Origin: Eledone cirrhosa
Lineage: Eukaryota
Length of the DNA stretch: 64,000 nt
NCBI GenBank assembly: GCA_964016885.1
Contig: OZ024740.1
Coordinates: 368,838,001-368,902,000 of the forward strand
Direction: 5' to 3'
A program made the position numbers and the translations under genes. Position 1 is the stretch's first letter. The number at the start of each line of letters is the position of its first letter. Below the pieces are notes generated by a model. The model did no database searches, was not told where the DNA came from, and was given only the letters and a program-made list of their open reading frames with translations. Shown one piece after another: positions 40,572-53,323 of the stretch.

Positions 40572-40614
40572 ACGTTGCTGACGATAGCTAACAAGCTTGA
40601 AACTAGTACAGCGT
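40572..40614 (+). ncRNA. Minimal type I hammerhead ribozyme
   Basis: As 40150-40192, with palindromic stem III ACTAGT. Confidence 0.85.
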
Positions 40615-40895
40615 TCCTTTGTCAGTGTTGAACAAACGAGCAACGGTGGTTGCTAGACACTACGGCTTAATACGGGATGTTTGTTTACAAACACACCGAG
40701 CATTATAATAAATGTTCGGTGAATCCATACGTGCATATACATATGTGTGCATGTATGTATATATATATACATACTACTGTACGTCTGTAAACATATATGT
40801 ATGCACGTGTACATACTTATATATAAGTAACAGCCGTATTAAGAGTGGGAAATGAAATATCGTTTCATTTTTTCCGTTTATATATATATATATAT

Positions 40896-42077
40896 ATAAA
40901 GAAAAAGAGATGAAATCGAAAATGCATCTGGAGTCTTATTTTTTTTTTAAATATATATATTTATTTGGTTCCTTTACCGGTTTCGCAGTTCTTCTGCTTT
41001 TCAAAAGGTGAGTTGAGCTGGAGGGTCGGTAGTTTTTCTCACATCTGGTTGGTCTCTGAATGTTACTTGTTTTATATGGAAAAAGTTGCTCGATATGCCA
41101 GGTTTTGCAGAAGTAATTTGATTGGTTTGTCAATAATTATAATAAATGTTCGCGCCAGTTCGCGTTACAATAGTTCTTCAAATAAGAGGGAGGGGGGGGG
41201 GGGGGTTGTCACAGGTTGTTGAATTACGGAAACAGAAACAAATTCAAGGTACCTCCAATATTCTATCATATATCTCAACACACAACCCAAGAAGTGCGGA
41301 AGCTTACAACACTGTTCACAAGAACATCCCACTACTAAAACAAAACCCAAGAATGAAAAAAAGCTCTTGAAACGCACAAAATAATCAAAAGCAAAAGACA
41401 ACCAAAATCACTGAAAACATTACTCACCAATGCCAAATTAACTACCACAAACCCAGAAACAAGTATCAAAATATGTGGTTGCTCTAATTGTGGAACCTGC
41501 ACTCACCTCATTGAAGGCAACACGTATACATTTAAATCAGGACAACATTTTACTGTAAAAAATCACTTCACTTGCTCATCAAAAAATCTACTTTATGCCA
41601 TTAAATCTAAAGGATGCAATGAATATTATATAGGACAAACTAAACTCACACTAAGAAACAGAATGACAGTTCATCGTCAAACATTACGAGATCCAACCAC
41701 GAGACAGATACCACTAAGTGCACATCTAGACATTTGCGCAAGTAATAAGACACCCACATTCCAAGTCTTCTCATTTTACCTTTGCGCTAACAATACAACA
41801 GAACAAATACGAATAAATAGAGAAAATATGTTTATTCAAAAATATAGACCAGCATTAAATATGGTTTAATATACATTATGTCAAAACCATAATATGACAT
41901 ACACACACCCACATAACACCTTCTACTTTAGAAAATAAAAACCCGAACTAAATAAACCTTAACATACGTTATCACTGACATTACAACAGAACAAATACGA
42001 ATAAGTAAGAAAAATATGTCCATTCAAAAATATTCCTACTAAAGGAATCATTTTATAACACACACACACACACACAC

Positions 42078-42108
<31 letters not shown>

Positions 42109-42361
42109 TCTCTTCATCTTAACACGCTAACCATACTCCCACACACATAACACCCACACACACACATAACAACCCCCACACCCACAACACCCTCCCCCAT
42201 TTCTACTAATAGAACCACTTTCCTACACACATATATACACACACACAAAATATATATTTTCTCCATCTTAACATACTCGCACACACACACATAACAGCCA
42301 CATACACACACAACTCCCTCCCCCATTTCTACAAATAGAATCATCTTCCAATACACACACA

Positions 42362-42400
<39 letters not shown>

Positions 42401-42992
42401 CAAATAAACATACATATCTTTACTTCAATAGAAAATCTGAACTCTGACACCCCAGCGAACTAACCATATTCACTGAACCAAAACAATTCCCCCATCCCTT
42501 TCTCTTGACCGTATCTTTCACTTATCATAAAATTCTCTAAAAAGGCTACAGAATGGATTTCCAAATAAGGGCACGAAAATTTAATGAAAACTTGTTCACG
42601 TGACAGCCACAATTTCATTTATAATCAACCAGAAAAAAACCTTCATGAGCCCCTTTTTTCAAGTAAAAATAAATTCAAACACTCATATATGAAAAAACAA
42701 CCTGTGAACCCCCCCCCTCTTATTTGAAGAACTATTGTAACGCGAACTGGCGCGAAATTTATTATAATTATTGACAAACCAATCAAATGACTTCTCGAAA
42801 AACCTGGCATTTCGAGCCACTTTTTCCATATAAAACAAGTAACATTCAGAGACTAACCAGATGTGAGAAAAACCACAGACACTCCATCTCAACTCACCTT
42901 TTGAAAAGCAGAAGAACTGCGAAACCGGTAAAGGAACCAAATAAATATATATACTTTTAAAAAAAATAAGACTCCAGTTGCATTTTCGATCT
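40896..42992 (+). mobile_element. 5'-truncated Neptune-like PLE with inverted 5' pseudo-LTR (40896-41220)
   Basis: 41220-41869 encodes YISTHNP..SKRQPKSLK..CGCSNCGTC..LLYAI..YYIGQT..RMTVH (GIY-YIG with Zn knuckle). Confidence 0.85.
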
Positions 42993-43109
42993 CATTATTA
43001 TTTATGGCAATACTATTACACAAATATGAACCTCCTGAGGTTTAACAATATTTGTCTCGACACGATTTCATATCAAAAGCCTCGCAACACTATATATATA
43101 TATATATAT

Positions 43110-43160
<51 letters not shown>

Positions 43161-43165
<5 letters not shown>

Positions 43166-43319
43166 ATTTAAAACTGCACTATCCACAAGTGTTTTTTAGC
43201 CTCCATATCATGTTCTCCTGTTTTATCTGATGAAAACACAAATATTATTGCATGAAGATGTTTGTTTTTGAAATGCGCATAATAAAATACATGGAACTCC
43301 TTTAACCATCTTTTGATCT

Positions 43320-43330
<11 letters not shown>
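43161..43330 (+). mobile_element. Solo pseudo-LTR of the Hydra-like PLE at 5191-7995, with intact HHR (43221-43287)
   Basis: Near-identical to 7825-7992; embedded in (TA)n; third, diverged copy at 59025-59195. Confidence 0.8.
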
Positions 43331-43418
<88 letters not shown>

Positions 43419-46400
43419 GTTTTGCGAGGTTTTTGATATGAAATCGTGTCGAGACAAATATTGTTAAACCTCAGCAGGTTCATATTTGTTTAATAGTATT
43501 GCCATAATTAATAACAGAACACACTCACTGTTTGGTTGGTTTTCGCTTCTGTGTCTTTTATATCGTTTACTTTAATTTTTTTTTATTCGGTCCTAAATGT
43601 TACCATTGACTGACCAACGATCTAAAATACAGATAAAATATAGACACAAACACACATATATTGTCTAACAAAGTTCTTTCGTTGCACATCTGCAACACCA
43701 CCAGTGGTGCTATTATGTTTCTTCCGGTTGTATTGTATGCCTACGACATCTTTATTTAGTCTGTTTATTTATTTTATTTTATTTTTTTTTCTTCTCTGCG
43801 CATGCGTTTGCGTGTGTGTATAGTGTTTGATGTGTGTTCGTGTTTGGCTGACTGTGTATTTTTTATTTTATGCTATTTTAGTTATCTAATGTGTGTTTAT
43901 ACGTGTTTTATGTTATTGTGCTTGTGTATGTATTTATTTATTTATTTATACTTCTCTTAGGTCAGTATTGTTTGTTTGGGTGTTGTTGTTATTCCATTCA
44001 TTTTTCTGTTTAGCCTTGGCCATTTAAGTTCTATTTCCCTGGCTTCTCTGATTTGACTATCTGCTTGGTCATTTCTATATTTAGATATTATTCTAATTGC
44101 TATATTTTCTGTTACCGTCGTGTTGTTGTCTGGCATGTTTGTATAGTACTGAACCGTTTTTTCGTCCTTTTAGTTTCCTGCAGTGTTGGGTAATCCTTTC
44201 ACCTATGCTAAGAGCTGTCTCGCCTATGTATGTTGTTGTCATATTTCTTCAAGTACCCTCTGTACATCCTATGGTATAGACTACGTTTCTAGTTTTACAG
44301 TTTATCCGGGTGTTTACTTTACATATAATACATTTCCTATTAGTACAGTGGATTTTCTTAAAAGGGTAGTTTTTTCTGATCAGGGATTTTATGGTGGTTC
44401 CTATCATTTCTACCACCTTAATTATTAAGCGGGCCTTTCTTGGGCCTTTCTACACTGGTTAACTAATTTCCCTCCAGGGTTAGCCTCCACAAACATGATA
44501 CTCTGGTATCTTACCATCAGGTGGCTTTCCCTATCTTATGTCTAGTCCTATCTAACCTATTGCATGATTTTCTCCTGTATATTGGGCAAATTCCTTTCAT
44601 GTCCAGTTTTATGAGGGGCTTATACTTCTCCGTGGCTCCTTCGTATACTCTGATTCTGTCTCTCTGGGTGTAGCCAGAGAACTGTACGCGGTTGAAGAAG
44701 TGTTGGATGTGTCTTTCCATTTCTGTTAGGTCACACATGCGGGACACGTTGCTCATCACTCGTACTAAGTCTCCGATCAGAATATTAAACTTAGCACTAC
44801 TGGATATCGCTGAGTTTCTGAGTATCAGGTATTTGGAGGCCATTGGTTTAGCATAGCGTGAGTGGAGAATTTAGGCTCTCTCGTCTATAGTGTTAATCCA
44901 GAGTTCCGTGTCTCATACAGGTAGTCTATTGTTAGGGTGTTTGGAAGGGGAGGCGATAGTTACAGTTATACTCTGGTGTATGGAATTAGCTATCTGCTGG
45001 ATGCTTTCCATTGTGCTACGTTCCTAATACAACTTGTAAGTACTCTCTTGTAGGGTTGTCCTTATTACTATATTGATATCGTCTACGTAACGAGAGTACA
45101 TGATGGGGTCTATGGAGCTCTCATCAAGGAGATCTTTGAGTCTCCTTTCCCACCATACCATAAAAAGGTTGGCAACGTCACCAGCTATGCTGACCCCAAT
45201 GGCTGCTCCCTCATTTTGGGTGTAGATCTTCTCGTTGAATTTAAATATGTAGCCTTTTAGGGTAGTTTTGATACTAGCCCCTATTGCATGTGCGACCATT
45301 TTTCTTACATGATCATTGTTTTGTGGGGTCCGTATAGCTTTGGTCCACCCAATCCACCTTACTATGGGAATTTCTTTTTGCCATTGAGGTTATGGTGGGT
45401 GGTCTACCATTTATGGGTCTACTGGGGCAGAAACGTCTAAGGTCATGGCTGTCTAGGCAGTCAGTGTCATAGGTAAGTCTAAATTGGAGGCTCAGTAATC
45501 TGTGTCGACGTCGCAGAACTACACATCACTCTCAATGATCATCTCCACACATTTTCCATAGCAAAATCAATGTTAATGGATGGGTACAGTGATACCACAT
45601 CCATACTGCCTATTATGCAGTTGTATAGATTTTTTTGTTTTTGTTGCACTCACTGATTCTGCTGAGGAGTTCCTCTGTACTGTCACATACATCGGGGTAC
45701 ATCTTCATTATGGGGCGTATAACCATTGAGAGGAATTAGGAGATCCTGTAGTTGCTAACTATATTGGCTCCGCATACAGGTCTTGTTGGTGGTTCTGTTG
45801 TCGGGTCGCCCACTGTATTGTGGTCTTTGCGGAGCCAATACAAGGGTGGTATGCCATTGTTAGACGCCTGGACGTTGTTGACAGTGCTTCTGCTTGGGTT
45901 TAGGATGTCGGTCCACATCAACATGTGAGCGTTGAGAATTTTCCCTCTCCCATCATGTATTTGCTGTGCATTTTCGCTCGTGTCGTTGATGTGGGGTTGC
46001 ATAGCCTTGATGTAGTTCGGCATGCTGTCTATTGGCATCCTATCAGACTTATCCGTGGGTAGACATAGTACCTCACCATACCTTGTGCGCTGCTTGAGGT
46101 TAACCAAGCCTTCTACAGGTTTCCTCCCAAGTTGTTGGACCTCTGGTCTGCTCTGTCTCTTAGTGTACCGGTCTACTATTTGTCTAATCTTATTTCTAGC
46201 TATGGTGAACTGTGCCTCTGTCTCGTCATCTATTTTTTGTGGTATACAAACCCTTTTATTAAAGGGTAACCTCGTAGTATAAATATTACCGATCTTATAT
46301 GTTTTGTCAGCTGGATTGAAGAATAGTTTCTCTAAGGGGTTGTCATTATGTCTAATGCCATGTGTTGCTATTATTGTTATTATGGTGGTTGTTGTTTTTC

Positions 46401-46653
46401 CTATCATTAGCATTATTATTATTGTTATGATTGCTAGATGTATTGTTGCTGTGATTGTTAGATGTATTGTTGTTGTTTTCTCCACCGTTATTGTTGTTGT
46501 TACTGTTATTTCTACCATTGTGGTTCTTACTTTTATTATGTTTCTGGTTTTTGTTGTTGTTGTGTCTATCATTAATGTTGCTACATGTATTATTTCTATT
46601 ATTACCACTGTGGTTGTTGTTATGTCTGTCGTTAATGTTTCTATCATTGGATT

Positions 46654-46835
46654 GGCAGTATCGGTAGAGTGTCGGACGCCATGCTTTCTAGCATAGTTAC
46701 ATCCCTTTACGATCTGAGTTCAAATCCCGCCGAGGTTCACTTTGCCTTTCATCCTTACGGGGTCGATAAAATAAAGTACCAGTAATGCACTGGGTAATTG
46801 CTGGCCTTGTGCTTAAAGTAGAAACAATTATTATT
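46654..46835 (+). mobile_element. Full-length tRNA-derived SINE inserted in the Asn-rich tract of the PLE
   Basis: A box, B box GTTCAAATCCC, core, ATT tail. Confidence 0.85.
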
Positions 46836-49766
46836 GTGGTTGTTGTTGTTCTGTCTATCGTTAATATTATTACCATTATTACTATTTCTCACTCTCCTGC
46901 TATTGTTATTGTTATGACTATTACTATTATAACTGTTATTTCTATACTCAGAGTTATTGTTAATATTACTACTATCGTCATTTTTGTTGTTGTCCATATA
47001 CTTGTTGTTGTTGTTTACATTTGCATTCCAACGTACTTTTGTGAAACACTTTTCCATGTCCGTTTTGCACTCAATAGCGTTAATCTTCTTGTAGATAGTA
47101 AATGTTGGTGGTAGATGCAGGATTTGTTGTTATTGTTCACCGATTAAAGTGTTCCCATAAATATTTACTGTGTGGTCATTGGCAAATACATCAGTCATAC
47201 GGATATTGTTGATGTTATCTGGGTATTTTTGTGAATATTCTATTTTTCTTTCTTCTATTTTTTTCTTATTCATCCATTCTAATTTCTTATTAAAATGTCT
47301 ATTGCATTCGTTTCGGGCGTATTTCGTTTCACGTTGAATGACGCTCATGAGTTCTTCCCTCTCGCTTGGTGTGGTGAGATTTCGGACTTCCCTACCGTTA
47401 ATGCGTTTCTCTCTGTAAAGTTCATTAACTTGTGTGTATGTTGTTCTTTTCATATTAACTGTTATTGTGTGTTTTAGTCGTTCAGTTGGTGTTTTGTTCA
47501 ATAATAAATTATTTACTTGTTTTCATATGTTTGTTGTGTATATTTTGATGGAAACACAGTGTTTTAAGAAGCGGATTTGTTCTGTTGTTATTGTAGTTTT
47601 TATATAACAGAAAACAGTGTCTTTCAATAACTTTTCAGCTTGGCACAAGCTAATGTCATAACGGGGATGAATTAGTTTTGGGAGGTTTTTGATATGAAAT
47701 ATTGTGTCAAAACAAATATTGTTATACTTGGGGAGGGTCATATTTGTGTAATAATATTGCCAGAATTAATAACAGAACAAACTCACTGTTTGGTTGGTTT
47801 TCGCTTCTGTGTCTTTTATATCGGTTAATTTAATTTTTTTTTATTCGGTCCTCAATGTTACCATTGACTGACCAACGTTAAAAAATACAGATATAATATA
47901 GACACAAACACATATATATAGTCTAACAATGTTCTTTCGTTGCACATCTCCCACATCGTCAGTGGCGCTATTATGTTTCCTCCCGTTGTATTGTATGCCT
48001 ACGCCATCTTTATTTAGTCTGTTTATTTATTTATTTTGTTTGTCTTCTCTGCGCATGCGTTTGCGTGTGTGTATAGTGTTTGATGTGTGTTCGTGTTTGG
48101 GTGACTGTGTATTTGTTATTGTCTTCTATCTTAGTTTACTAGTGTGTGTGTTTATATGTGTTTGTTGTTAATGTGCTTGTGTGTGTATTTATTTATTTAT
48201 TTATTTATACTTCTCTTAGGTTAGTATTGTTTGTTTGGGTGTTGTTATTCCATTCATTCTTTCTGTTTAGCCTTAGCCTTCTAAGTTCTATTTCGCTGGC
48301 CTCTCTGATTTGCCTATCTGTTGGGTTGTTTCTATGTTTAGATATTATTCTAATTTCTATGTTGTCTATGTTACCGCTGTGTTATTGTTTGGCATGTTCG
48401 TATAGTACGGAACCGTTGTTTCGTCATTTTAGTTCCCACCAGTATTGTTGGTCTATCCTTTCACCTATGCTACGAGCTGTCTCGGCTATGTATGTTGATG
48501 TCATGTTCTACAAGTACCCTCTGTACATCTTATGCTATAGACTACGTTTCTTTTTTTATAGTTTATCCGGGGGGTTTACTTTACATATAATACATTTCCT
48601 ATTAGTACAGTGGGTTTTCTTAAAAGGGTTGATGAAGTGGTGGATGTGTCTTTCCATTTCTGTTGGGTCGCACATTCGGGAAACGTTCTTCATCACTCGT
48701 ACCAAGTCTGCCTTCAGAATATTAAACTTAGCACTACTGGAAATTGCTGAGTGTTTCAGTATGGAAAGACACATCCAACACTTCATCAACCGCGTGCAGT
48801 TCTCTGGATACAACCAAAGAGACAGAATCAGAGTATACGAAGGAGCCAATCAGAAGTATAAGACCCTCATAAAACCGGACATGAAATGAATTTGCCCATT
48901 ATACAGGAGCAAATCATGGAATAGCTTAGATAGGACTAGACATAAGATAGGGAAAGCCACCTCATGGTACGACAGCCAGAGATACCAGAGTGTCATGTTT
49001 GTGGACGCTAACCCTGGAGGGAAATTAGCTAACCAGTGTAGGAAGACCCTGAGAAAGACCCACTTAAAGATTAAGTTGGTAGAAAAGCCAGGACCACCAT
49101 AAAAACCCCTATCAGCAAAACCTACCCTTTTAAGAAGACCCACTGTACTAATAGGAAATGTATTATATGTAAATTAAACCCCCACATAAACTCTAAAACT
49201 AGAAACGTAGTCTATAGCATAAGATGTACAGAGGGTACTTTCAGAAACATGACAACATACATAGGCGAGACAGCTCGTGGCATAGGTGAAAGGATAGACC
49301 AACACTGGAGAGAGCTAAAAGGACGAAAAGAAGGTCCACTACAATACGAACATGCCAGACAACAACACGATGCTAACATAGACAACATAGAAATTAGAAT
49401 AATATCTAAACATAGAAATGACCCAGCAGATAGCAAAATCAGAGAGGCCAGGGAAATAGAACTTAGAAGGCCAAGGCTAAACAGAAAAAAAATGAATGGA
49501 ATAACAATAACACCCAAACAAACAATACTGACCTAAGAGAATTATAAATAAATTAATAAATAAATACACAAGCTCAATAAAAACAAACACATATACACAC
49601 ACACTAGTAAACTAAGATAGCATACAATAACCAATACACCGTCACCCAAACACTATACACACACGCAAACGCATGCGGAGAGAAGACAAAAATAAATAAA
49701 TAAGTAAATAAACAGACTAAATAAAGATGGCGTAGACATACAATACAACGGGAGGAAACATAATAG

Positions 49767-49813
49767 CACCACTGACGATGTTGCAGATGTGCAACGAAAG
49801 AACTTTGTTAGAC
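49767..49813 (+). ncRNA. HHR-like motif of the Naiad-like pseudo-LTR
   Basis: CTGACGA-T-GTTGCA/TGCAAC-GAAAG-AA-CTT; stem I weak. Confidence 0.45.
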
Positions 49814-50010
49814 TATATATATGTGTTTGTGTCTATATTATATCTGTAATTTTGACCGTTGGTCAGTCAATGGTAACATTGAGGACCGAATAAAAAAAAA
49901 TTAAATTAACCGCTATAACAGACACAGAAGCGAAAACCAACCAAACAGTGAGTGTGTTCTGTTATTAATTCTGGCAATATTATTACACAAATATGTCCCT
50001 CCCCAACTAT

Positions 50011-50076
<66 letters not shown>

Positions 50077-50087
50077 ATATATATATA

Positions 50088-51469
50088 TTGTTATACTTTG
50101 GGAGGGTCATGTTGCCAATAAGAAACACACGCACCAGTTGCTTTCACTTCAATTTATTATATATTTATAAATTTAAAAATTTACAAATTTATAAATTTCT
50201 GGTTGGTTGGTTGGTTCCACAACCAGATAGTTGTTTATATATAGTCATAGTCCTTTCGTCACACACTCTGTGACCTCTTCAGTGACTGGGGATTCCTTTC
50301 TTTGTTTCTGTGCCTTTCCTTTCTTCTGTCCTAAGCCATTTTGTTTCTGTGTGTGTGTTGTGTGCTCAGTTTGCGCATGCGCCACATCCGAGTGTCTGTG
50401 TGTGTTTATGTTCATTTATCTATTTGTTTATTTATTTATTTATTTGCATGTTATTGGTTGGTTGTTTGTTCTATGTGTGTGTGTTTTCATTTTGTCCTTA
50501 ATTTTAAGTTGTGATGTTGCTGTTCCACTCATATTTTCTATTTAATTTTGGTTGTAATTATTTTATGTTTATTGCCTCTGTAATTTGTCTAAACATTGCA
50601 TCTTTTCTGTGTGTAGATTCTATTTTTATTTCAATGTTCTATCTTAGCATGTTGGTAGATTACAGATGATTCTTTATTATCTTGAAGGTCTCGCCAGTGT
50701 TCATTTATCCGTTCCCCTATACTACGAGCTGTCTCACCTATGTACACTATATTTTTGTTTCTACATTGTCCTTCAGTACATCTTATGCTATACACTACAT
50801 TTCTAGTTTTACAGTTAATATGGGGGTTTATTTTACAGGTTATACATTTCTTATCTATACTTGAGGGTCTTTGAAACGGGTATGTCTTGCTAATAAGTGT
50901 TTTTTACGTAGGTACCTGGTCTTTCTAATATCTTAATATTGAGTTTATGTTTATTTAGGGCCCTTCTAAATGTGTAGGCTAGTTCGCCTCTAGGGGTTGT
51001 ATCGATGAACATTACACTCTGGTATTTATTGCTATCATACCATGAGTTTATTCTATTAGCCTTGTTCCTAGTTCTTTCTATTCTATTCCAAAATGTGCTC
51101 CTATACAAGGGGCAGGTCCCAACTATGTCATTATTTACCATTTTTTCCCATTTGGTTCGGGCTCCTCTATACACTCTGATTCTATCTCTCTGATTGTAGC
51201 CAGAGAACTGCATATGGTGGATGAAGTGTTGTATGTGTCTCTCTAGTTCTTCGGGGTTGCACATGCGGGACACATTTCTCATCACCCGTACCAAATCCGC
51301 AATCAGTATGTTGATTTTGGTATGGTCCGAAATGGCCGAGTTTCGGTGGATCAGATGTTTGGAAGTCATGGGTTTGGCATAATGGGAACATGACCCTCCC
51401 AAAGTATAACAATATCGGTTTCAACACACGATTTCAGATAAAGAATCTTGCTAAACAAATTCAGAAACG

Positions 51470-51475
<6 letters not shown>
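50088..51475 (-). mobile_element. 5'-truncated Naiad-like PLE, second subfamily, with inverted pseudo-LTR tip (51386-51475)
   Basis: HYAKPMTSKHLI..LVRVMRNVS..QFSGY; decayed GIY-YIG; HHR. Confidence 0.8.
50243..50287 (-). ncRNA. Type I hammerhead ribozyme
   Basis: AGTCA-CTGAAGA-G-GTCACA/TGTGAC-GAAAG-GA-CTA-TGACT; related copy at 60944-60986 (+). Confidence 0.75.
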
Positions 51476-51529
<54 letters not shown>

Positions 51530-51537
51530 ACATATAT

Positions 51538-51635
51538 AATTGTTTCTACTTTTGGCACAAGGCCAGCAATTACCCAGTACATTACTGCTACTTTATTTTA
51601 TCGACCCCGTGAGGATGAAAGGCAAAGTTGACCTC
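51538..51635 (-). mobile_element. SINE 3' half
   Basis: Reverse complement of the SINE core and tail. Confidence 0.75.
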
Positions 51636-51769
51636 ATAAGAGAGGATAGTAGGAGAGATGCAAGGAATACTACATGCCAAAAGCTGATGCGTAGTGTGCT
51701 CAATGCTTGGATTATCAGGGTTAAATATTAGATAAAGTTAATATTTAATGTAAGGATAAGCAGAGCTGG

Positions 51770-52497
51770 AATAAGAAAAAGAATGCTTGAATGAAAGAGT
51801 TATAAGCCGTTAAAACAGATCTTAATATAGTTTTTACACGCGTTTCGCCCTAAGGGCTCTATCGGAGGCAGATATTGAGATAAGAAAGTCCTTAATTACC
51901 TGAGAGGGTATAATAATATCACATCGCTATGCATTGCAATTTTCGATGTTATAGGTATGGATACCGCGGTGCCCGTAGAGAGTTACTGCATTATGTTTTA
52001 CCAATACCAGCCATGGGGAAAATATTTTATTTAAAAAGAAATAACTTATGCGGGGTTGGTCAACTCAGTATAAATGATGCCATGTTTAGGTGGGAATATG
52101 ATAGACTGTTGGTAATGTCGTTAAACACAGCACAGTTATACCTAATGCAGGTGTTGGGGTGCGATGTTCAAGGGATAGAAAATGATGCCAGTTTGGATCG
52201 AAAGTGTATGTTCATATGATCAACTCATATAAGAAGTTACTCGAATTCAGGTAGCAAGTTCATAAACCTGGTCCGGTCAAGAGGAAGAATATATCGGTGT
52301 GGGCCCGACTGAATAGGTGCGGCGGGTAGATGAGGGTGTTATTCCACGCTGTATAAGGGTAAACATTAAGCTGGTATTGGTAAAAAATAATGCAGTAACT
52401 CTCGAGCCCCTCTGGGTGAAACACGTGTAAGAGCTATATAAAGATGTTTTAACGGCTTGTAACTTTGTAACTCTTTCATTCACTCATTCTTTTGCTT
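51770..52497. repeat. Diverged inverted repeat with HHR-like remnants, ending at (TA)n
   Basis: 51778-51860 and 51972-52011 are inverted to 52370-52492. Confidence 0.55.
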
Positions 52498-52499
52498 AC

Positions 52500-52669
<170 letters not shown>

Positions 52670-52685
52670 CATATGTATATATGTA

Positions 52686-53296
52686 TAATTGAATAAACAA
52701 GAGAGATGACCACTAATATAAACATACATGTATTCGAATCGTACGGACTAACGTTTACCGGGGTGAAAAAATACTAACTACACCAATATAGAATGTTATC
52801 CTTAACTGTAAATTAAGAAAAATTAAGAAAAATAACAGACCTATATTGGCTAAAATGCCTGGTAACAACTAGACAGTGTTGGTGACTGTTTCACAACGAA
52901 TTATTAAGTGAAGTTTTCACGTTTCTCTGCCTCTCAGTAGTTGTTGAGAAATTAGTGATCCTCTCACTTCTAAAAATATTAGAGAATGAATTGTGTACGA
53001 TATGAAATATCGCACGTGTCAATCGGACCCTAGCTTGTCTCGAAATTCCCTGCCGCTAAAAATAGCAGCCTGGCTGACAGGACAATAAAAATTAGCTCTA
53101 CATGATGGAGCCGAGAAATATATTTTGAGTTAAGGGTAGTCCCTTACAATTAAATAGCTCTAAGAAAAAAGCTTTTCCGAGCCATACAATATAATTGAAT
53201 AAAGCATAGTGATGAACACTAATATAAATATACATGTATTCGAATCGTAAGGACTAAAGTTTGCTGGGGTGAAAAAATACTAACTACAGCAATATA
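52686..53296. repeat. Partial tandem repeat, period ~507 bp, flanked by (TA)n
   Basis: 52686-52790 matches 53192-53296. Confidence 0.65.
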
Positions 53297-53323
53297 TTAT
53301 ATATATATATATATATTATATAA

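Larger units (their letters stand above)
40000..40880 (+). mobile_element. 422-bp tandem non-coding unit with minimal HHR and inverted 5' piece (retrozyme-like)
   Basis: 40130-40460 repeats at 40552-40880; 40000-40130 is an inverted copy spanning the unit junction; ends in (TA)n; further copy at 63100-63652. Confidence 0.8.
43418..49997 (-). mobile_element. Full-length decayed Naiad-like PLE (43418-~47920) with upstream tandem 3' copy (to 48760) and inverted 3' copy (48761-49997, +)
   Basis: ORF start MTLPKYNN at 47741; MEKCFTKVRW, Asn-rich tract, PTDKS, PPTRPVCGA, QNEGAAIG, SRYVDD, KPMASK, GIY-YIG; pseudo-LTR repeated at 43418, 47680 and 49560-49997. Confidence 0.85.

Noticed and set aside
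46304-47114. Hydrophobic V/I-rich ORFs resembling membrane proteins
   Set aside because: They are the antisense of the PLE Asn/Thr-rich low-complexity tract plus an inserted SINE
48880-48895. In-frame TGA in the Naiad-like element as possible selenocysteine (reported for some Naiads)
   Set aside because: It aligns to Gly (MKGICP) in sister copies, not Cys, so it is a simple nonsense mutation
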